Of a stretch of 62,000 nucleotides of DNA, positions 55,046 to 62,000 are shown piece after piece. This DNA is from Octopus vulgaris (lineage: Eukaryota), in contig OX597817.1 in assembly GCA_951406725.2 (NCBI GenBank), positions 87,936,001-87,998,000 on the forward strand, written 5' to 3'. The position numbers and the translations under genes are program-made. Positions within the stretch are counted from its first letter, which is position 1. Every line of letters starts with the position of its first letter. The notes under the pieces were generated by a model that was given only the letters and a program-made list of their open reading frames with translations, was not told the origin of the DNA and did no database searches.

Positions 55046-58000
55046 ATTTCTGCTGTAGGCACAAGGCCTGAAATTTTGGGGGGAGAGGGCTAGTCGATTA
55101 TATCAACTCCAGTCCTCAACTGATACATATTTTGAAGACCACAAAAGAATGAAAGGTAAATACAAATAAATGACCTAATGTAATACCAGACTCTCCTGGT
55201 AATATGTACATGTTTTGTCTTGGTGTAAAAGATGGGCTATCGCAAATATTCAGCTCAATATCACAGATTTGCTTGTCAGTTACTTGACCATAACAAGTTG
55301 AGCGTATCCTTTAGTGGCGGACGATATGTGCATCTTTGATCATGAGCAGGAGTATCATAGCTATGAGCTGAGAGTGATTCTTTGGGGTTTGAATAATTCA
55401 CCCCTGGAAACATGGGTGTTTCATTCCTTAAACAAACTTATTCAGAGACCTTTTAAGAGGGATGGGCTACTCAACCTGAAGAAAATTCTAACAGGGCTCT
55501 CATCTGCAAGGTCATGTGCTGTTTATTTTGATATGAAGTCACCATGTCATGCGCATATGGTTGTGATGCATGTACTCTTATCAGACGGGTAATCATGATG
55601 GGTATATTGGGCTTTATATATTTGGCACTTTGATGGTATGTGCTGTCCTTTCACTCAATAATAATGGTTTCGAATTTTGGCACAAAGCCAGCAATTTTGG
55701 TGGAAAGTGTAAGTCAATTGCATCAAACAGTGTTCACCTGGTATTTATTTTATAAACCCCAAAAGGACAAAATTCAAGTCGACCTCAGCAGAATTTGAAC
55801 TCAGAACATCAAGAAGGACAAAATGCTGCTAAGTAATTTGACTGGCATGCTAGCAATTCTACAAGCTTGCCACCTTAATAATAATAATGACAATTTTGAT
55901 CTGTAAATAATATATTTGATAATAATTTAACTATTTTTCATTTCTTTGTTTTAATATAAATGTCTCTCTTTATCAACAATTACTTTATTGTTTGTAAAAA
56001 AAGATAGAATAATAGTGTATAGCCAATACAACCTGGTATATAACTGGTATACATTTATGCACCCTAAATGATATGAAGAGACATAAGAAATTGAGCTCAA
56101 TATTATCAAGATTTTCATATATCACCAGATATGTATACATGGAAAATACTTACAAATGATAAAAAACTTTCTTTATCATCTCCAGCAAGTTGCAAGAATA
56201 AATGGAAAAGATGTGCAGCAAACTTGGATACAATATTTACAGGGTAATTGCTGATGAAATCCTGCATTGCATTTGCCCAGTTGACATGAGGGGCAATTAC
56301 TTTCACAAGCTGGAAGCTTTCTATGTTACCATTATCACGAATCTGTCAGATGGACACAAATACATAAGATAATTAAAAATAATAATGGCAATAATCATGA
56401 GTATTACTGCCATTATGAAATATATATAAAGCCATTCTTAGAAAACAATCAATAAATTGTTAATATTTTAAAGCATTATTGGATGATTTTAAATCACTGT
56501 AATCAAATGTACTTTTGTGAGGTTTTTATCAAATAAAAAACATATTACAATCACAAAATACTCAATCAGAAAATAAATTTTAAACCTAAAATCTTCAATT
56601 ACAAATTTTATAAACTTTATACTCTAATCAAATATTACCAACAAATTAACTTCTATATGTCGTAAATTGTTGACAATGTTACTTTTATAGATGGTCACCA
56701 CTTTTTATAGCCACGTTTTGTTACCATTTGTGTAACACTACTTTTATATCATCATCATCAACAACAATTAACATCTGTGTTCCAAGCTAGCATGGTTTGT
56801 TCAAGGCTTGCACTGAGCTCCAAAGTCTGCTTTGGCATGGTTTTTACAGCTGGATGCTCTTCCTAATACCAGCCACTTTACAGCATGGACTGGGTGCTTT
56901 TTTTGTGCTACCTGCACTACTGAGATTGTCATGTAGCTCTCAGGACTACAAACCTTAGTAGTGGTGGGGTGTCAGCTTCATGCTAGGGGATGAGGAGATT
57001 TCTATGAGCAGAGAGGGGCTACTACCAAAAATATGTTAATAATAATTTGTGATATTTTCTCAATATATTTATCATGGAAGTGAACATATCCAGATAAAAA
57101 CTGCAGTTGACTAGTCTGCCAACACAAGGTTGTTCTAAATAGTTATGCAACTTGCATGCAGGAAACACTGTTCTTTTAGACTTTATACAAACAAACTCCT
57201 TGCAGTAGAATTAGAGAATGCATGAGACAAATTCCTTTAACATTTCTGTTATTCCTCTCTAGCTCTATAAAGCTAATTAGCATCAAATAGTTATTCCTAT
57301 TCTATATGATTAATTTTATCATTAAAATGAAAATAGTAAAACAAGAGATATTTATAGTTAGAGTAAATGTAGCAAAAACCAAAGTAATAGTAAGCAGCAA
57401 GGCATACTCAGCACACACCCCCTCGGGTAGGTGGTCCTGCTCAATCTGTAGGAAAGGTACAGGTAGAAACTCCATAAGATGCACCCAATGTAAGCTATGG
57501 ACGCATAAGAGGTGCAGCAACATTAAAGGGAAATTAACAGATAAGATAGCTTTCATGTGCGGCAGATGCACAGGGGCAATAGACACAACAGACACTCAGA
57601 AAACAGATTCCATCACACTCCAGGGAGAGAAACTAGAAGTAGTTGATAGTTTCCGCTACCTGGGTGACCAAGTTAGTAGCGGAGGTGGATGCACAGAGAG
57701 TATCACCACTAGAATACGAATAGCCTGGGCAAAGTTCAGAAAGCTCCTACCCCTACTGGCGGCAAAGGGTCTCTCCGTCAGACCGAAAGGTAGATTGTAT
57801 GATGCATGTGTGCGAACTGCCATGCTTCACGGTAATGAAACATGGGCTGTGACTGCAGAGGACATGCGTAGACTTGAAAGAAATGAAGCTAGCATGATCC
57901 GCTGGATGTGTAGTGTCAGTGTGCACGCACGAGAGAGTGTAAGCATCCTGAGAGAAATGCTGGATATAAGAAGCATCAGATGTGGTGTGCAAGAGCGACG

Positions 58001-61000
58001 CTTGCGATGGTATGGTCATGTGCTGCGGATGGATGAAGAGAGATGTGTGAAGAAGTGCCACTCCCAAACAGTTGAAGGTATCAGGGGGAGAGGTAGACCC
58101 AGGAAGACATGGGATGAGGTAGTCAAGCATGACCTCAGAGCATTGGGCCTCACTGAGGCAATGGCGAAGGACCGAGATCTCTGGAGATATGCTGTGACTG
58201 CAAAGACCCGGGCTGCTTCCTGCATCAGTTCCACATAGCCCCTGCCCATTCAAAGTACCCCGGATCCCAGATAGTCCTGCTGTGCCTGAGGAGATCTGTT
58301 GAGTCAAGTACATGAACATGAACGTCGAAATAAATATCAATGGAAATAGGAGTTATGATGCCTGTGCCGGTGGCACATAAAAAGTACTATCCGAACGTGG
58401 CCGATGCCAGCGCTGCCCCGACTGGCCTCTGTGCCGGTAAGACCATCTGAATGTTGCCAGCGCCGCCCTGGCTGGCTCCCGTGCCGCTGGCACGTTAAAA
58501 GCTCGAACCGATCGTGACCAATGCTGGACCCCCCGGCCCCTGTGCAGGTGGCACGTAAAAAGCACCCACTCCACTCGCGGAGTGGTTGGCGTTAGGAAGG
58601 GCATCCAGCCGTAAAAACTCTGCCAGATCAGACTGGAGCCTGGAGCGGCCCCTGGCTTCCCAGACCCCGGTCGAACCGTCCAACCCGTGCTAGCGCGGAA
58701 AACGGACGTTAAACGATGATGATGATGATGATGATACATGCTAAGATTTAAATTAAAACTCTGTTTCTAAACAATAAATCAGATTCTTAAACAAGGGTTT
58801 TACTTACAGTTGACATTGTTTCTGCAACCTGCAAATCAATTGTAAGTTGATCCCATGGCAACAAGGCCAATTCAACATTCAGTAACGTAACACAATAAAC
58901 TGGTATCTTTCTCGATGCTAATATAGAGGTATAGAAGATCCACAGCCGTCCAAGTATGTCTTGGGTTTGTGAGTAAGCTACAGGTGATAATAAAGCTGTA
59001 AAGAAAGAAAACACAACAGTAATTAAGAGTCTTTTAGTGAAGCATTCAAAAGTAAATCAAGTGTAAAGGTACCCTGGCAGGAAGGTTTCTGATAAATGAA
59101 ATACAACCAAAAGATGTTTCATAGTATTCTGAATTAACTGGAAACCTAACGTGACAACAACAGACACCTTCTTCATAAAGAACTCAAAATGCAACTGAAG
59201 ACCTCTCCTAATCATTCTGGTTCTGATACAATACAAGTCAATAAAGCAATCCAAATATTAAAAAAAAATCTTACAAACAACCATTCAGAAGCCACATGAA
59301 AGTATTTGAAGGCAGTATTATATGTAATAAGGAGAAATTTCAAACTATAATTCCACTACCAAAGAAGGGTAAACCTCAGCACAGTCACATCCATTGATGC
59401 ATCGAGACAACATTAATCACTGATATTATATCATCATCATCATCTTTCATATCATTTAATGTCCATGTTCCATATTGGCATTAAAAGATCCACAGATATT
59501 TCAGAAAAGCCTGTCTCTACAGTAAAAAAATCTTCATTGAAAATTAAAGTTCAAGCCTATTAGTCATCATGGTAATAGTCTAGATTTTAAAAACCTGTGA
59601 GACTGACAGAATCAAAAGAAAAGTAAGTTTGTCAATGTTAGAACTTACATTTTTTTGATAATGTTTTAATCATCCATTCCTATATAGGAGCAGTTGGATG
59701 ATTTTAAATCATTGTAATCAAACGTAGAGAACATTCTAGATATAACAAAATCATAAACTTTGAGATTATTGTAAACAAAAACCAAAACAAAAAAAAAGCA
59801 GAATATCATTTTTTAATTACGATTTAATTTAAATATGTCTAATTACAAAAGTTAATTTGTGGCACAAAACAATGCTAAAAATCATAGCTAGGTAAATCAA
59901 TTACTTTACTTTCCATTCTAAATCAAATACAACAAAAACTTACATTTATAAAATGTGTGGATATATCGGATTGCATCACAGAAGTTTTGAACCATTATGG
60001 TAGCAGCCTCATGGTCACCAGCTGTCCAAGGGATCAGTAATTGAGTCTGCGCTGGTCCTTTCAATGGCCTCACCCAAGGACTGAACACATTTACTATCAT
60101 ATTCCATAAATAATCAATCACTAAAAAAAAATATAATATATAAATTATGAACACAAAAGAAAATCAATACAACATCAATACAAATCAATACATAAAACGA
60201 TAAAGTAAAGTTCCCAGCAAGAATGTGAAACAGTTTCAATTCCTAGTAATAGCCTATTCAATTTGACTATGACACTAATGAGTTTAAGTTAATCTCATTT
60301 CCTATGTTATTTACATTGGAACTAAGAGATCAATATTTTAAATGTGTTTTGTTTTGCTTTTTAACCCTTTAGAATTCAAACCAGCCATATCTGGCCCAAT
60401 TATTCTACCTGTTTTATGTTCAAACCAGCCAGATCCAGCCTCTCACACCTACCCTACAATGTCATTCTAAAGTAGACAATCACATCATTGAAACCTCAAC
60501 GCCATAAGATAATGCATGATTAATTGAAAACAATGTGAATAAATAAGCAATACATTTGATCGAGCAATCTGAATACTAAATAGAATATTTTTTGGTAAAA
60601 ATTATGATATAGTTAACTAATTTTTAGTGATATCTATTTTAACAACCTTATGAAAATGATAAAAAATAGGTAGGGAATCAGATCTGACATATACCTTAGT
60701 CAGCTTGCTTCCTGGTTTCTAAATCTGCTTGACACCTAAATTTACAAAATTAATTAAATCTTTGTTTTAGATTGCTCACTAAAAATATAGTTTTGTTATC
60801 ATCATTTGAACTGGTTTGGTATATTGCGGTTCCTGAACTGAACTGGTTTGGCATACTGTAGTCTGCCATCTTATCTATTATGCCAAACATCTCCAGATCT
60901 CATCACACCAATTCTACCCCCATCTCTTCCTTGGTCTTACCCCAACCACTGCCAGTATACAGCACATTTTTACACTGTAAATTTTATTAAGAGTTTACCA

Positions 61001-61684
61001 GATAAAGAAATGGAGGTTATCTTTACTTTTAAGCATCATTGAGAGTTGAATTAACTAGTAAATGTTACTAATCAGTAGGTTTAGGCTAAAAAGAAACTGA
61101 TAGAACTTAATATGCAGCATCATCATTTAGCATCTGCTTTCAATGCTGCATGGGTTAGATGTTTGACTGGAACTGGTAAGCCAGAGAGCTGTACCAAGCT
61201 CCAGTCTGTTTTGGCCTGGTTTCTAGGGCTGGATACCCTTCCTAATGCCAACTACTCTACAGAGTGTACTGGGTGCACTTGTGCCTTTTATATGTCATCA
61301 GCATGGGTGCCTTTTATATGTTACCAGCAGTGGCCATGACTAATACTTGATGAAAAATTTTAAGATAAGCAGAAGGGTACCCAATAAACATTCCACACTA
61401 AGATTGAAAAATTCCATATTTTAATTCATGAGTCATATTTCATTCGAACATAAATTTTTAACCAAATTTACTACCACCAATATTAACTTACCCTGAGCAG
61501 GTGATTCTTCTGAAAGATTTTCATGATATTGAGCTGCTAGAATTTTTAGAAAACCAGCACTGATGGAAGCAATATACGGCACATATTTATGCCATTTGGA
61601 ATAGAGACCAAATGTACAGCTTTCTTTATTGAGTAGTCGTTGTTCCATAAAGAATGATGACATCATCTCAAGAATTTGTGCGAG
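44352..61684 (-). CDS. EPG5: EPG5 (ectopic P granules protein 5, autophagy tether), 3' 10 coding exons, 697 aa C-terminal part
   Basis: Minus-strand exons 61492-61684, 59944-60120, 58808-58995, 56154-56342, 54749-54906, 50959-51158, 49182-49430, 47892-48108, 46743-46952, 44352-44664 join in frame (2094 nt). Motifs FGLYSKW..YVPY, VFSPW, IQIPEL...FLEECL, LLWWH, GILGAIGLGRRS and KQALNAL match EPG5 in order. Confidence 0.93.
45420..45740 (-). mobile_element. SINE family A, diverged copy
   Basis: TTACTTGTTTCAG tail to GAAGACACTTGCCCAAGGTGCC head segment. Confidence 0.75.
46056..46437 (+). mobile_element. SINE family A, near-intact copy
   Basis: GGCGTAGGAGTGGCTGTGTGG (A box)...GGTTCAGTCCC (B box)...GACTGAAACGAGTAAA. 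Confidence 0.88.
46743..46952 (-). CDS. EPG5: EPG5 coding exon (EGKMLLWWH...GILGAIGLGRRSTLSI)
   Basis: ctttag|T AGT...ATC AA|gtaagg; tandem TAGTAG acceptor. Confidence 0.93.
47072..47292. mobile_element. Mariner-type MITE
   Basis: TIRs TGAAAAGTTCTTGGCTTT (left) and AAAGCCAGGAACTTTTCA (right); TA at the left end. Confidence 0.72.
47415..47820 (-). mobile_element. Two adjacent SINE family B copies; the 47609-47820 copy has a 19-bp TSD
   Basis: AATCAACCAAAATATTAGT at 47590-47608 and 47821-47839. Confidence 0.85.
47892..48108 (-). CDS. EPG5: EPG5 coding exon (WDIILLNIQIPELNLAEFLEECLQQGAFLTL...)
   Basis: aaacag|AT...TCT AG|gtaagc; phase 1 to 2. Confidence 0.92.
49182..49430 (-). CDS. EPG5: EPG5 coding exon (...LLMPAIAAACRSLASL...YFTS)
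   Basis: ttccag|TT...TCA G|gttagt; AAC.SLAS motif. Confidence 0.92.
50250..50512 (-). mobile_element. CR1-like LINE 3' end with (ATT)n tail
   Basis: ORF 50321-50509: TRGHAYK...RKHFFTLRIAEAWNKLPASVV....SFK. Confidence 0.85.
50959..51158 (-). CDS. EPG5: EPG5 coding exon (LIKSASKFDCD...ILNILTEIE)
   Basis: ttctag|C TTG...GCA G|gtaagg; phase 2 to 1. Confidence 0.87.
51440..52000 (-). mobile_element. R4/Dong-like (restriction-like endonuclease) LINE C-terminal fragment
   Basis: Minus strand: KCRIC..GDESINYVLSE, KVLWDIFIKTD..I..RKPDII, EKYRDLAREL, VINAL. Confidence 0.68.
52130..52760 (+). mobile_element. Degenerate RTE-type RT/3' fragment
   Basis: IGLDANASKT, FMYLGNNIASSE, FDGAY..IL.AILNIS motifs with stops. 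Confidence 0.62.
54141..54374 (-). mobile_element. SINE family B variant with alternative 3' tail and 16-bp TSD
   Basis: CTCTATCAATCATCTT at 54125-54140 and 54375-54390; tail AGCCCCTTGTGGGCAATAAAGAAAT. Confidence 0.85.
54749..54906 (-). CDS. EPG5: EPG5 coding exon (TEEVILMFMMAEKLCWNYLD...CDPRAIL)
   Basis: ttccag|ACT...CTA CG|gttagt; phase 0 to 2. Confidence 0.87.
54973..55043. repeat. Compound (GAA)n(TAT)n microsatellite
   Basis: Direct read. Confidence 0.95.
55045..55875 (-). mobile_element. SINE family B copies (55045-55160 partial; 55665-55875 full)
   Basis: Reverse complement of the family B consensus; another partial copy at about 51300-51425. Confidence 0.7.
56154..56342 (-). CDS. 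EPG5: EPG5 coding exon (IRDNGNIESFQLVKVIAPHVNW...)
   Basis: gacag|ATT...TTT|gtaagt; phase 0 to 0. Confidence 0.87.
57356..58735 (+). mobile_element. RTE-clade LINE, 5'-truncated, with PHD-like finger in RT, 3' UTR and (GAT)n tail
   Basis: ORF 57306-58238: VNVAKTK, C4HC3 finger, LEVVDSFRYLGD, LRWYGHVLRM, RGRPRKTW; 3' UTR ends GGACGTTAAACGATGATGAT. Confidence 0.9.
58808..58995 (-). CDS. EPG5: EPG5 coding exon (LLSPVAYSQTQDILGRLWIFY...LPWDQLTIDL)
   Basis: ttacag|CT...ACT|gtaagt; phase 1 to 0. Confidence 0.88.
59944..60120 (-). CDS. EPG5: EPG5 coding exon (IDYLWNMIVNVFSPWVRPL...PWTAGD)
   Basis: ttttag|TG...AAA T|gtaagt; phase 1 to 1. Confidence 0.9.
61492..61684 (-). CDS. EPG5: EPG5 coding exon (LAQILEMMSSFFMEQRLLNKESCTFGLYSKWHKYVPY...)
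   Basis: ttccag|CTC...CAG G|gtaagt on minus strand. Confidence 0.88.
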
Positions 61685-62000
61685 CTGGAAAAAGACATAA
61701 TGAAAATTTATGATAATAATAAATTAAAACCTATAAAATAAAAGTAATGCTTTGATTGTGATGAAAATAGATTTTTATTGTAACTACTTTGAAGAATCTA
61801 CAAAAAGTACTGAGCAGCTGACACTTGTGATAACATCATCTTTCTGGACAACCTGAAAAAACTGGCTTTTAGGCTACATTAACCTTTACAAGCAGTAGAT
61901 TAGAGACAAGTAATTGAAGACCAGAGTCATTTATATCCCAACTTTTAAGTGTTGTGAAGAGAATCATAAACAGAAAGAGAAACAACTCAAACCAACAGAA

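Noticed and set aside
59057-59254. Minus-strand ORF as an EPG5 exon
   Set aside because: Flanking exons 59944-60120 and 58808-58995 already join in phase and colinearly with the homologue.
61793-61941. Possible further EPG5 exon(s) near the window end (61884-61941, or from 61853)
   Set aside because: Several phase-compatible options exist with weak donors and no convincing homology; left unresolved.

Overview
AT-rich eukaryotic genomic DNA, most likely Octopus (inferred from the SINE/LINE repertoire and microsatellite density, not proven). It holds the 3' halves of two convergent multi-exon genes. TBC1D32/BROMI (+) has 12 phase-consistent coding exons at 7971-38836 (463 aa + stop). EPG5 (-) has 10 coding exons at 61684-44352 (697 aa + stop). 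The 5' parts of both genes lie outside the window. Introns and the ~5.5 kb intergenic gap are packed with three tRNA-derived SINE families, RTE, Tx1/L1, CR1 and R4/Dong LINE fragments, Tc1/mariner relics and a Helitron fragment. The most striking structure is a ~1.85 kb fold-back palindrome (383-2229) made of two head-to-head copies of the 3' end of a Penelope-like retroelement. Each arm carries a GIY-YIG C-terminus, a putative retained intron and an intact type I hammerhead ribozyme, and the whole unit sits in the (TA)n tract of a SINE. Other highlights are a U12-type (minor spliceosome) intron in TBC1D32, a downstream duplicate of a TBC1D32 exon that would act as a poison exon, a SINE sharing its 3' tail with the Tx1 LINE in the same window, and an RTE LINE with a PHD finger embedded in its RT. 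Gene and family assignments come from motif recognition by eye against remembered homologues; no database search was run.
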